DNA of 18,934 nt from a bacterium (GTDB lineage: Bacteria > Zhuqueibacterota > Zhuqueibacteria > Oceanimicrobiales > Oceanimicrobiaceae), in the NCBI GenBank assembly GCA_046757525.1, contig JBHHYI010000080.1:1-18934 (forward strand), in the 5' to 3' direction. Within the stretch, counting starts at the first letter, position 1. Each line of letters starts with the position of its first letter. Of this stretch, positions 7,438-16,473 are shown piece after piece. A model generated the notes under the pieces. That model searched no databases. It saw only the letters and a program-made list of their open reading frames with translations, and was not told where the DNA came from. The position numbers were made by a program, and so were the translations under genes.

Positions 7438-8385
7438 ATGGAGAATGGCCGGACGGTTTTGGTAGCCCTGGGTGGAAATGCCATCACGCGAGAATTCGAA
7501 GAAGGAAATATCCAACAACAATTTGCCAATACCCGTCGAAGTCTGGCCGGTGTGCTCGATTTGATCAAGAAAGGACACAGGATTGCCTTGACCCATGGAA
7601 ACGGCCCCCAAGTTGGCAATGCCATGATCCGTGTTGAAGAGAGCCGCCATTTGGTTCCCCCCTTACCTTTAGGGTGCATCGTCGCCGATCTGCAAGGGGG
7701 CATGGGTTACATGATTCAGCAGTCGCTGCAAAACAAACTGCACAGATCACACATCGACCGCAAAGTGACCACCATTATCACTCAGGTTCTGGTGGACAAA
7801 AACGACCCCTCGGTTTTGAATCCCACCAAGTTTGTGGGGCCATTCCTGAAACAAGAGGAGATCGAGGATATCGTGAGCAAGCGCGGGTGGGTCGTCAAAG
7901 AGGACGCGGGCCGAGGTTTTCGCCGAGTGGTACCCTCGCCCACGCCACTTGAAATAGTCGAGAAAGATACGATCAAAAAATTGGTCGACGACGGGACCAT
8001 TGTGATTTGCAACGGAGGCGGTGGCATTCCGGTCTATGTGGAAAAAGATGGAACGTTCGAGGGTGTGGACGCCGTTATCGATAAAGATTTGTCTGCCGCA
8101 ATCTTAGCCAGAGATATCCAGGCGGACGAGCTTTTTATTCTCACTGCCGTGGAAAAAGTCGCTCTCAACTATCGCAAGCCTGATGAGGTTCTACTGGATG
8201 AAATCAACATTCGTCAGGCAAGGCAGTATCTGGCAGCAGGTCATTTCCCCCCGGGCAGCATGGGACCCAAGATTCAAGCGGCGATAAATTTCCTCGAAGC
8301 AGGCGGGAAATGCGTTTTAATAACTGCGGTTGAAAAAATGCGAGACGCCGTTTGCGGCAAAACCGGGACGCGAGTCGTTCCGTGA
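7438..8385 (+). CDS. arcC: Carbamate kinase
   Basis: VALGGNA, THGNGPQVG, NPTKFVGP, GRGFRRVVPSP, GGGGIPV, GVDAVIDKD, GSMGPK motifs. Confidence 0.97.
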   Translation: MENGRTVLVALGGNAITREFEEGNIQQQFANTRRSLAGVLDLIKKGHRIALTHGNGPQVGNAMIRVEESRHLVPPLPLGCIVADLQGGMGYMIQQSLQNKLHRSHIDRKVTTIITQVLVDKNDPSVLNPTKFVGPFLKQEEIEDIVSKRGWVVKEDAGRGFRRVVPSPTPLEIVEKDTIKKLVDDGTIVICNGGGGIPVYVEKDGTFEGVDAVIDKDLSAAILARDIQADELFILTAVEKVALNYRKPDEVLLDEINIRQARQYLAAGHFPPGSMGPKIQAAINFLEAGGKCVLITAVEKMRDAVCGKTGTRVVP

Positions 8386-8436
8386 ATTCAACCAAACTGG
8401 ACGCAGACGAGATAATCGAAACCAGGAGGATAAGCT

Positions 8437-9597
8437 TTGAAAATTCATGAATATCAAGCAAAAGGTATTTTGCGCAACTATGGTGTTGAAGTACCCAACG
8501 GGAAAATAGTGGAGAGCCCTGAGGCCGCCAGAACCGCCGCTGAAGAACTTGGCGGCACCGTGGTGGTCAAAGCGCAAATACACGCCGGCGGACGTGGCAA
8601 AGGGGGTGGCGTGAAGCTGGCGGGAACCGCGGAAGAAGCCGAAAAAATCGCGCAACAAATGATCGGAATGAACCTGGTCACCCACCAAACAGGGCCTGAG
8701 GGCAAAACCGTCAGAAAGGTTCTGATCGAAGAGGGCCTGGACATTGCGCGGGAGCTCTACCTGGGCATCGTGTTGGACCGGGCCAACAACCAACTGGTTT
8801 TCATGGCCAGCACAGAGGGCGGCGTGGAAATCGAAAAGGTGGCCAGCGAAACGCCGGAAAGAATCCTGAAAGAACACATCGACCCTGCGGTGGGTTTCCA
8901 ATCCTTTCAGGCCAGAAAACTCGCTTACGGTTTACAGCTCGAAGGCGAACAGGTCAAGAATGCGGTGCGGTTTTTCCAGGCTTTGTACAACGCCTACGTT
9001 GCCTCCGACTGCTCCCTGGCGGAAATAAACCCACTGGTAGTGACCCAGGATGGTCGTGTGTTGGCTTTGGACGCCAAAATCAACTTCGACGACAATGCCC
9101 TTTACCGCCACAAAGATTTTCTGGAGCTGCGAGACCTCAATGAGGAGGAGCCCCTGGAAATTGAAGCGTCCAAATATCACCTGAACTACATCAAATTGGA
9201 TGGCGAAGTGGGCTGCATGGTCAATGGCGCCGGCCTGGCTATGGCCACGATGGACATGATTAAATTGGCCGGTTCGGAACCAGCGAATTTTTTGGACGTC
9301 GGTGGCAGCGCCAATGCCGAAACCGTGGAGAACGGTTTCAAGATCTTACTGTCCGACAAAAATGTCAAAGCCGTGCTCATCAATATTTTCGGCGGCATTG
9401 TTCGCTGCGACCGCGTGGCCAAAGGGGTCATCGAAGCTGCCGGAAAAATGGACATCAACGTGCCCGTAGTGGTGCGCCTTGAAGGCACCAATGCCGAAGA
9501 AGCCGCGCAAATGCTGGAACAGTCGGGCCTTTCGTTCGAAGTGGGGCGCAGCTTTCAAGAGGCGGCCGAAAAGGTGGTAGCTGCATTGCAGGCCTGA
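8437..9597 (+). CDS. sucC: Succinyl-CoA synthetase beta subunit
   Basis: [58 protein letters not shown] start with SD AGGAGG. Confidence 0.98.
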   Translation: MKIHEYQAKGILRNYGVEVPNGKIVESPEAARTAAEELGGTVVVKAQIHAGGRGKGGGVKLAGTAEEAEKIAQQMIGMNLVTHQTGPEGKTVRKVLIEEGLDIARELYLGIVLDRANNQLVFMASTEGGVEIEKVASETPERILKEHIDPAVGFQSFQARKLAYGLQLEGEQVKNAVRFFQALYNAYVASDCSLAEINPLVVTQDGRVLALDAKINFDDNALYRHKDFLELRDLNEEEPLEIEASKYHLNYIKLDGEVGCMVNGAGLAMATMDMIKLAGSEPANFLDVGGSANAETVENGFKILLSDKNVKAVLINIFGGIVRCDRVAKGVIEAAGKMDINVPVVVRLEGTNAEEAAQMLEQSGLSFEVGRSFQEAAEKVVAALQA

Positions 9598-9660
9598 GAA
9601 CCATGGCTTTCTTTGAGAGCTGACTAATTGATTTGGCGAATTAAAACAAGGAGTTAAAAA

Positions 9661-10533
9661 TTGAGCATTTTAGTCGACGAAAATACCAGGTTGGTCGTGC
9701 AAGGCATCACTGGCAGTGAAGGTTCTTTCCACACCAGGCAAATGTTGGCGTACGGCACCCGGGTGGTCGCCGGCGTGGTGCCCGGCAAAGGGGGTCAAAA
9801 GTTTGACGATCAGGTGCCTGTGTTCAACACCCTGGCGGAAGCAGTCGAGCAAGAAGGCGCCAATGCCTCTGTGGTGTTTGTGCCGCCAGCCTTTGCCGCG
9901 GATGCCATTCTGGAAGCAGCCAGCAACGACCTTGCCCTGGTAATCTGCATAACCGAGGGCATCCCGGTTCTGGACATGGTCAAGGTTGCCCAATATCTGA
10001 AAAGCAGGAAAACGCGCCTGGTGGGTCCCAACTGCCCTGGCGTCATTTCACCGGAAAAATGCAAAGTTGGTATCATGCCCGGCTTCATTCACAAGCCCGG
10101 CAGAGTGGGCCTGATTTCAAGAAGCGGCACTTTGACTTATGAAGCTGTCAAGCAACTGAGCGACCTGGATATCGGACAGTCCACCTGCATCGGCATCGGC
10201 GGCGACCCCATTATCGGCACCACCTTTACCGACGCGCTGCGACTCTTCAAAGAAGACCCGGACACCGAAGCTGTGGTCATGATCGGGGAAATAGGCGGCA
10301 CGGCGGAACAGGAGGCCGCGGCCTACATCCAGGAGCATCTGCAAAAACCCGTGGTGGCTTTTGTTGCGGGCAGAACAGCCCCGCCAGGACGCCGCATGGG
10401 ACATGCAGGTGCCATTATCTCTGGCAGCGAAGGCACGGCCAGCGAAAAAATCGCCATTCTAAAAAACGCCGGCGTGCACGTGGCTGAAAGTCCTGCGGTC
10501 ATCGGCGAAACCATGCGGCGCGTGTTAAGTTAA
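9661..10533 (+). CDS. sucD: Succinyl-CoA synthetase alpha subunit
   Basis: [33 protein letters not shown], phospho-His motif RMGHAGA; TTG start with SD AAGGAG. Confidence 0.98.
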   Translation: MSILVDENTRLVVQGITGSEGSFHTRQMLAYGTRVVAGVVPGKGGQKFDDQVPVFNTLAEAVEQEGANASVVFVPPAFAADAILEAASNDLALVICITEGIPVLDMVKVAQYLKSRKTRLVGPNCPGVISPEKCKVGIMPGFIHKPGRVGLISRSGTLTYEAVKQLSDLDIGQSTCIGIGGDPIIGTTFTDALRLFKEDPDTEAVVMIGEIGGTAEQEAAAYIQEHLQKPVVAFVAGRTAPPGRRMGHAGAIISGSEGTASEKIAILKNAGVHVAESPAVIGETMRRVLS

Positions 10534-10556
10534 CCTGAAAGGAGGAAGTTAAATAC

Positions 10557-10982
10557 GTGGAACAAACCTTAGCCATTCTAAAACCGGACTGTGTGGAAAA
10601 AAATGTAATGGGCCAGGTCCTGGCGAGAATCGAACACGCCGGATTCGAAATCCTGAGCATGAAGATGGTTAGATTGACCAGAGAAACCGCGGGTGAGTTT
10701 TACGCGGTGCATCGGGAGAGGTCGTTTTACCAGGATCTGGTGCAGTTTATGGCATCTGGCAAATCGGTGCCCATGGTGCTGCAAAAACAAGATGCGGTGG
10801 CAGATTTTAGAAAACTGATCGGCGCAACAGATCCGGCCGAAGCGGCACCGGGTACGATCAGGCGTGATTTCGCCGAATCAAAGCAAAACAACATCGTACA
10901 CGGTTCAGATTCTCCTGAAAATGCCAAACTGGAGATTGCTTTCTTCTTCTCGCAAAAAGAGCTGGTCGAAAACAATGTCTAA
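10557..10982 (+). CDS. ndk: Nucleoside diphosphate kinase
   Basis: [24 protein letters not shown], catalytic HGSDS; GTG start with SD AGGAGG. Confidence 0.98.
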   Translation: MEQTLAILKPDCVEKNVMGQVLARIEHAGFEILSMKMVRLTRETAGEFYAVHRERSFYQDLVQFMASGKSVPMVLQKQDAVADFRKLIGATDPAEAAPGTIRRDFAESKQNNIVHGSDSPENAKLEIAFFFSQKELVENNV

Positions 10983-11014
10983 TGAATCCCAAGCAACGAT
11001 CTCGGAGGCTTGAC

Positions 11015-11476
11015 ATGAAAATTCGAACAATGTGTTGGCCTCTGCTTTTTGGGTTGATTTTGAATGGATGCAGCAACAAGGAAAGCGGAGACACCAGTCA
11101 AAAAAGCGCGGCGGTTGTGCAGGCAGATTCCCTGCAAGTTGCCGCCCAACCAAACTCGGTCGTACCAGAAACGGCCCCGGCTGAGCCACTTGAACAGGAA
11201 CCTGTGCAAGTGGTACAAACGGCAGAGGGCAACTACACCGTGCAGGTTTCATCCTGGCACACACGGGCAGCCGCCGAACGGGACGCCCAGCGCTTCGACC
11301 GCTACGGTTATGACGCCTACGTTCAAAAGGCTTACCTGGCGGACCGCGACGAAACCTGGTATCGCGTTCGAATCGGGCATTTCCCCAGTTTGCAAGCTGG
11401 CCGGGAGTTGGCCGATGAGTTAAGCGAGCACCTGGAAGCGGGATATTGGTTGGACAAAGTGCGTGCGGAAAAATAG
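11015..11476 (+). CDS. SPOR-domain (peptidoglycan-binding) lipoprotein
   Basis: SD GGAGG (11004-11008) before ATG11015; lipobox LNG-C; Pro/Ala/Glu/Gln-rich linker; C-terminal SPOR pattern YTVQVSSW...YDAYV...WYRVRIGHF. Confidence 0.88.
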   Translation: MKIRTMCWPLLFGLILNGCSNKESGDTSQKSAAVVQADSLQVAAQPNSVVPETAPAEPLEQEPVQVVQTAEGNYTVQVSSWHTRAAAERDAQRFDRYGYDAYVQKAYLADRDETWYRVRIGHFPSLQAGRELADELSEHLEAGYWLDKVRAEK

Positions 11477-11557
11477 GCCTGGCAAGGCAGAAATCAACCG
11501 AAGTCCGCCAAAACGGCTCGAGCCTGCGCAGGTTCAATGTAACCAACTATTTTTGAC

Positions 11558-11586
11558 TTGACTATTGCTAAAATAATCTTTACATT
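11558..11586 (+). promoter_or_regulatory. Putative sigma70 promoter of the yceD-rpmF-fab cluster
   Basis: TTGACT (11558-11563), 17 bp, TACATT (11581-11586), 30 bp before ATG11617. Confidence 0.65.
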
Positions 11587-11616
11587 TACGCTTCAAATCG
11601 AGGGCTTACAGGTGCC

Positions 11617-12114
11617 ATGAAGATCGTCATCCGCAACCTTGCCAATGGAATTCACAACTTTGAATTCACGGCGAGCAAGGAGAGCTTAGACCTCGAGGGG
11701 AATCAAAACTTTGTCAACAAGATAAAAGTCTACGCCACGTGTGACAAGAACGACAACAACGTGGTCATCAAGACGAGGGTTGTGACGTTGGCACATTTCC
11801 AATGCGACAACTGTTTGAATGAATTCACCCGCCGCATTGATGAGGAGATCGATCTTTTTTGTACGTTGCAGCCACAAGTTGAAAATTCAGACGAGGAATC
11901 CGTGGTCTTGCTAAACCCGCGGACGCACGAACTTGATCTAACTCAAGCCGTCCGGGAATGCCTCTTGCTTGCGGTGCCCATGAAAACCGTGTGTCAAGAC
12001 GATTGCAAGGGCTTATGCCCAACCTGTGGGGCAAATCTGAACCTGGGGCTTTGCGATTGCATTCATGAGACGGCGGATCCTCGTTGGGACACGCTAAAAA
12101 AGCTTTTGCAGTGA
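11617..12114 (+). CDS. yceD: DUF177/YceD family protein (ribosome-biogenesis associated, Cys-rich)
   Basis: CDNCL, LDLT, PMKTVCQDDCKGLCPTCGANLN..CDC, DPRW motifs; canonical position upstream of rpmF. Confidence 0.92.
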   Translation: MKIVIRNLANGIHNFEFTASKESLDLEGNQNFVNKIKVYATCDKNDNNVVIKTRVVTLAHFQCDNCLNEFTRRIDEEIDLFCTLQPQVENSDEESVVLLNPRTHELDLTQAVRECLLLAVPMKTVCQDDCKGLCPTCGANLNLGLCDCIHETADPRWDTLKKLLQ

Positions 12115-12141
12115 AATCATTCAGCCTGTGGGATACGCTGG

Positions 12142-12222
12142 CGTTCTTGGAGTAGTTTAGCGTTTGCCAGGCATACTAAACCAAACCGACGCTAACCTTT
12201 TGTAAAAGGGCCCGCGTCTTGA
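12142..12222. repeat. Inverted pair of a degenerate intergenic motif (third copy at 16751-16791)
   Basis: 12144-12166 TTCTTGGAGTAGTTTAGCGTTTG matches 16764-16786 TTCTTGGAGAGGGTTAGCGTTTG at 20/23. The reverse complement of 12181-12222 matches 16751-16791 at 29/42 with one gap. Confidence 0.55.
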
Positions 12223-12247
12223 GCTGTTTATTTAAGGAGAAGATACA

Positions 12248-12430
12248 TTGCCTTTACCAAAAAGAAGACATTCAAGAGCACGCAGAGATAAAAGAAGAAC
12301 GCATTGGAAAATCTCCGGGCCAACTGTCGTCACATGTTCCCATTGTCATCAGCCGAAATTACCACATCGGGCATGCCCTAATTGCGGTTATTACAGCGGA
12401 CGTTCGGTTTTTATCCCCAAGGAGGCATAA
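12248..12430 (+). CDS. rpmF: 50S ribosomal protein L32 (Zn-ribbon form)
   Basis: MPLPKRRHSRARRDKRRTHW, CSHC...PHRACPNCGYY; TTG start with SD AAGGAG. Confidence 0.97.
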   Translation: MPLPKRRHSRARRDKRRTHWKISGPTVVTCSHCHQPKLPHRACPNCGYYSGRSVFIPKEA

Positions 12431-12491
12431 TTCGGCATAACCTGGATGTTATGCTAAGAGGGGGAAGGGCGACAAGCATGGAGTGTTTCTG

Positions 12492-13517
12492 ATGAAAATC
12501 GCCATTGATGCAATGGGGGGCGACTATGCCCCGGATGCCATTATTCACGGAGGTGTGGAAGCGGCAAGGCTTGGGAAAGGGGATTATGAGGTAGTCTTCG
12601 TAGGAGATGAATCGATCGTTAAGGCCCAACTTTCCCGCCACTTTAGAGTTCATGAGCTGCCCATCGAAGTCTGCCACGCGTCTCAGAAAATCGAGATGGG
12701 CGAAGCGCCCACCGTGGCATTGAAGACGAAACCGGATGCTTCGATTAGCGTGGCCATGAGATTGCACCGGGAGCGCCAGGTCGATGCGGTTATTAGTGCA
12801 GGACATACTGGCGCGGCCATGGCCTCGGCCTTGTTTTCACTGGGAAGAATCGAAGGGGTCAAACGGCCGGCCATTGGGTCCCTGGTGCCTCACGCACAAG
12901 GCGGCACTTTGCTTATCGACGTGGGCGCCAACCTTGATTGCAAACCCATGCATTTGCTACAGTTTGGGATCATGGGAAGCCTCTATATGCAGGACGTGTT
13001 CAATATCCCGTCGCCCCGGGTAGCGCTGCTAAATGTTGGGACAGAAAAGAGCAAGGGGAATGAGGTTAGACAGGTCGCCCACAAACTCCTCGACACGTGT
13101 GGGTTGAATTTTGTGGGAAATATCGAAGGGCGCGATGTGATGGGCGGCGATATCGATGTAATCGTCAGCGATGGTTTCGTGGGCAACGTTGTGCTGAAAT
13201 TTGCAGAAAGCTTCAACGGCGTTTATTCCAAAACCCTGAAACGCAAGATTGGCAAGAAGGTCTTCTCGAAAGTTGGTGCGTTTCTCTTGAAGCCAACTTT
13301 CGATCGACTGCGCAGAATTTACGATTACGAAGAATATGGCGGTGCCCCGCTGCTGGGGATTGATGGTACCTGCATCATTTGTCACGGCAGCTCAACCCCC
13401 AAGGCCATCAAGAATGCAGTAAAAGAAGCGGCAATGATGATCAAGAAAAGAGTCAATCAGAAAATTAGAACCGAACTTTCAGGTCTAAGGGAGGAGAGAG
13501 ATGGCAAACACTATTAA
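12492..13517 (+). CDS. plsX: Phosphate acyltransferase PlsX
   Basis: MKIAIDAMGGDYAP, SAGHTGA, DVGAN, LLNVGTE, FVGNIEG, DGFVGNV, GGAPLLG, HGSS. ATG12492 preferred over GTG12483. Confidence 0.97.
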   Translation: MKIAIDAMGGDYAPDAIIHGGVEAARLGKGDYEVVFVGDESIVKAQLSRHFRVHELPIEVCHASQKIEMGEAPTVALKTKPDASISVAMRLHRERQVDAVISAGHTGAAMASALFSLGRIEGVKRPAIGSLVPHAQGGTLLIDVGANLDCKPMHLLQFGIMGSLYMQDVFNIPSPRVALLNVGTEKSKGNEVRQVAHKLLDTCGLNFVGNIEGRDVMGGDIDVIVSDGFVGNVVLKFAESFNGVYSKTLKRKIGKKVFSKVGAFLLKPTFDRLRRIYDYEEYGGAPLLGIDGTCIICHGSSTPKAIKNAVKEAAMMIKKRVNQKIRTELSGLREERDGKHY

Positions 13518-14490
13518 GTCGATGATCCTCGGAATCGGGTCAGCTATTCCGGAAAAGACCTTGACGAACTCTGATTTAGAAAAAATGGTGGACACCAGCG
13601 ACGAGTGGATTCGTGAACGCACTGGCATTCAGGTGCGGCACGTGGTAGACGAAAATACCCTGAACTCCGACCTGGGAACCGAAGCCGCCCAAAAGGCGCT
13701 GTCCAGAGCTGGCATGAACGCCGAAGACCTGGACACCATCATCGTGGCTACTGTGACTGGAGATGTGACTTTCCCCTCGACCGCGTGCTACGTGCAGCAA
13801 AAAATTGGTGCGGCCAACGCCGCCGCGTTCGATGTTCAGGCCACCTGCTCGGGTTTCATCTTTGCCATGAACATAGCGGACGGCCTCATCGGCAGCGGCA
13901 AGAGCAAGAATGTTCTGATCATCGGTAGCGAACTGTTGACCAAAATCGTTGACTGGAACGACCGTTCTACCTGCGTCCTGTTTGGGGACGCTGCTGGCGC
14001 AGCGGTGCTGGCTCCGGCCAACGGCGAAGGTCGCGGCGTGTTGGGCACCTACATCAAGACCGACGGCCGTCTGGCCCACCTGCTCTGGATGCCGGGCGGT
14101 GGCACCCGCTTCCCCTTGTCGGTCTCGGTAAGCGAAAACTTGCACAACATCAAAATGGAAGGCCCAGAAGTCTTTAAGGCAGCAGTGACGGCCATGGGCG
14201 ATGCAGCGGTTCGCGTTTTAGAGCAAACCGGCTTAACTCCGGACGATGTTGACTTGCTCATCCCGCACCAGGCCAACATTCGAATCATCAACGCAACCGC
14301 CAGACGCTTGAGAATGCCTAAAGAAAAAGTCTACATCAACCTGCAAGAGTATGGCAATACCTCCGCAGCTTCCATTCCTGTGGCTTTGACCGAGGCCATG
14401 CAAACAGGACGCATTAAGCCAGGAGACGCTTGTCTCATGGTGGCTTTTGGCGGTGGCTTGACCTGGGGATCCGCGGTCGTGAGAATATAA
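13501..14490 (+). CDS. fabH: Beta-ketoacyl-ACP synthase III
   Basis: DTSDEWIRERTGI, catalytic Cys (ATCSGF), LFGDAAGA, His (PHQAN), Asn (YGNTSAAS), FGGGLTWG; overlaps plsX by 17 bp. Confidence 0.98.
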   Translation: MANTIKSMILGIGSAIPEKTLTNSDLEKMVDTSDEWIRERTGIQVRHVVDENTLNSDLGTEAAQKALSRAGMNAEDLDTIIVATVTGDVTFPSTACYVQQKIGAANAAAFDVQATCSGFIFAMNIADGLIGSGKSKNVLIIGSELLTKIVDWNDRSTCVLFGDAAGAAVLAPANGEGRGVLGTYIKTDGRLAHLLWMPGGGTRFPLSVSVSENLHNIKMEGPEVFKAAVTAMGDAAVRVLEQTGLTPDDVDLLIPHQANIRIINATARRLRMPKEKVYINLQEYGNTSAASIPVALTEAMQTGRIKPGDACLMVAFGGGLTWGSAVVRI

Positions 14491-14519
14491 TCTGAATAGC
14501 ATTCTGGAGAGAGGAAGAA

Positions 14520-15437
14520 ATTAGCAAAACAGCCTTCATATTTCCGGGCCAGGGGTCACAGTTTGTTGGGATGGCCAAAGATCTTTACGATGATTTCACC
14601 CAGGTGCGAGAAGCCTACCAAAGAGCCAACGATATCTTAGGATTCGATTTAGCCAGGTATTCTTTCGAAGGTCCTGAGGAAACCCTGAAGCAAACCCAAG
14701 TCACCCAACCGGCTATCTTCGTTCACTGCGCGGCATTATTAGGACTTCTGTCCAACCAAGGCCTCCAGCCAGCAATGGCAGCCGGACACAGTCTGGGTGA
14801 ATATACCGCTTTTTATGCTGCGGGCGTGTTCACCTTTGAAGATGCGTTGCGCCTGGTAAAAGTTCGGGCTGAACAAATGCAAAAAGCCGGTGAACTGAAC
14901 GCTGGAGCCATGGCTGCGATAATCGGACTGGAGGCCGCCGCGGTCAAGGCTGTGTGCCAGGAAGCAGAAACAGCGGGCATCGTCCAAATCGCAAATTATA
15001 ACTCGCCCGCCCAACTGGTAATTTCCGGATCCGAGACCGGTGTCGAAAAGGCCATGGAGATCGCCCGAGACCGGGGCGCCAGAAAGGTCATTCCCCTGGT
15101 GGTCAGCGGCGCTTTTCATTCTCCTTTGATGGAATACGCTTGTCCTGGCCTGCGGCAAGCCATCGAGGAAACTGAGTTCACGCAAGCCTGCTTTCCTGTT
15201 TACACCAATGTTTTGGCCAGGCCGGTCACCCAGCCTGATGAGATTAAGAAACTCATGCTGCAACAGTTGACCAATCCCGTGCACTGGGTTTCGAGTATCG
15301 AAAACATGATCGCGGACGGGGCAACTGATTTTTATGAAATAGGCCCGGGTAAAGTACTTACGGGTCTCCTGAAACGAATCAACAGAACGGTGCCAGGCAC
15401 ATCCATTAGCGGCAGTGATGATCTCGGCACAATTTGA
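14520..15437 (+). CDS. fabD: Malonyl-CoA:ACP transacylase; probable ATT start at 14520
   Basis: The in-frame extension upstream of ATG14571 encodes SKTAFIFPGQGSQFVG; then TQPAIF, GHSLGE, ANYNSP, SGAFHS, EIGPGKVL. Confidence 0.97.
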   Translation: MSKTAFIFPGQGSQFVGMAKDLYDDFTQVREAYQRANDILGFDLARYSFEGPEETLKQTQVTQPAIFVHCAALLGLLSNQGLQPAMAAGHSLGEYTAFYAAGVFTFEDALRLVKVRAEQMQKAGELNAGAMAAIIGLEAAAVKAVCQEAETAGIVQIANYNSPAQLVISGSETGVEKAMEIARDRGARKVIPLVVSGAFHSPLMEYACPGLRQAIEETEFTQACFPVYTNVLARPVTQPDEIKKLMLQQLTNPVHWVSSIENMIADGATDFYEIGPGKVLTGLLKRINRTVPGTSISGSDDLGTI

Positions 15438-15455
15438 CCAAAGCAAGCTCAGAAT

Positions 15456-16199
15456 ATGACCGCACTACTCGATAAAACCGCTGTCGTTACCGGTGCTTCC
15501 CGCGGCATCGGCAAAGCCATCGCTTTGCGCTTAGCCTCCGAAGGTGCCAATGTGGTCGTTACGGCCACCTCTGTGGAGCACCTGAAGGCAATCGCAGGGG
15601 AAATCGAACGCCTGCATCGTCAGGCGCTGCCTCTGGCGGTAAACGTGGCCCGATACGAGGACGCTGAAAATCTGGTCAAAACTGCGGTGGAGAAATTCGG
15701 CCAGATCCATATTCTCGTCAACAATGCGGGCATCACCAGAGATAACCTGTTGGTTAGAATGCGCGAAGAAGAGTGGGATGCGACCATGGCCGTCAATCTA
15801 AAAGGCACTTACCATTGCATTCGCGCCGCTGCTAAAACTTTCATGAAACAAAGACAGGGAAAAATCATCAACATTACTTCGGTGGTGGGTATCATGGGCA
15901 ATGCAGGCCAGGTCAACTACAGTGCCTCCAAGGCCGGCATTATTGGCCTGACCAAATCCGTGGCCAAAGAGTTAGCGGCGCGAAATATTCAAGTAAACGC
16001 CGTAGCTCCGGGATTTATCGACACCGACATGACCAGAGATTTGAGTGAAAGCGCGCGTGACAACCTGAAGTCGGTCATCCCGCTGGGACGCATCGGCAAT
16101 CCTGAAGACGTCGCTGCAGTGGTCGCCTTTCTGGCCTCAGAAGATGCGAACTACGTCACCGGACAGGTCATAAATGTTGACGGCGGCATGGTCATGTGA
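15456..16199 (+). CDS. fabG: 3-oxoacyl-ACP reductase
   Basis: TGASRGIG, NNAGITRD, YSASK, VAPGFI.TDMT, VDGGM. Confidence 0.98.
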   Translation: MTALLDKTAVVTGASRGIGKAIALRLASEGANVVVTATSVEHLKAIAGEIERLHRQALPLAVNVARYEDAENLVKTAVEKFGQIHILVNNAGITRDNLLVRMREEEWDATMAVNLKGTYHCIRAAAKTFMKQRQGKIINITSVVGIMGNAGQVNYSASKAGIIGLTKSVAKELAARNIQVNAVAPGFIDTDMTRDLSESARDNLKSVIPLGRIGNPEDVAAVVAFLASEDANYVTGQVINVDGGMVM

Positions 16200-16226
16200 G
16201 AAGCTTTTGGGCCTGGCAATCAATTT

Positions 16227-16393
16227 TTTTGGCGTCAATTTAAGAAGCGTCTAACCACCCTATTGTCACCCTGAGCGGAGTCCGGCTCTGCCGGACGTAG
16301 TCGAGGGGTCTTGATTTAGGCAAAAACCAAATTTCTCGTCAGTCAGCCGCCTGACAAAAAAGGACAGTTTGGGCGCTTAAGTTGACGCCAATG
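16227..16393. mobile_element. MITE-like non-autonomous element (~167 bp) between fabG and acpP
   Basis: Terminal inverted repeats TTGGCGTCAATTTAAG (16229-16244) and CTTAAGTTGACGCCAA (16376-16391) match 15/16. Flanks GGCAATCAAT (16215-16224) and GGCAACAAT (16394-16402) form an imperfect direct repeat. No ORF. Confidence 0.6.
16265..16311 (+). repeat. REP-like structured unit nested in the MITE-like element
   Basis: GTCACCCTGAGCGGA-[GTCCGGC-tct-GCCGGAC]-GTAGTCGAGGGGTCT: perfect 7-bp inner stem (16280-16296) and outer ACCCT/GGGGT pairing. Confidence 0.55.
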
Positions 16394-16473
16394 GGCAACA
16401 ATGGATATAGGCAAATAAATTTATGTTTATCAAGAATCAAAACAACCAGAATTAAAAGGAGGAGGTGAATTTA

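Noticed and set aside
10982..11014. Longer start of the SPOR gene at ATG10982
   Set aside because: GGAGG sits 6 nt before ATG11015, which gives a normal-length lipoprotein signal peptide.
14493..14570. fabD as an N-terminally truncated pseudogene
   Set aside because: The frame is intact from the conserved N-terminal motif to the stop with catalytic motifs present; a non-canonical start (or one base error) explains it.
14739..15446. 235-aa antisense ORF over fabD (similarly 10905-11546, 13576-14145, 17296-17844, 18469-18924)
   Set aside because: Reverse-strand shadows of conserved genes with no independent evidence.
16342..16361. GTCAG-ccgc-CTGAC hairpin plus A-run as a terminator
   Set aside because: The 5-bp stem has no following U-tract on either strand; it is part of the MITE-like interior.
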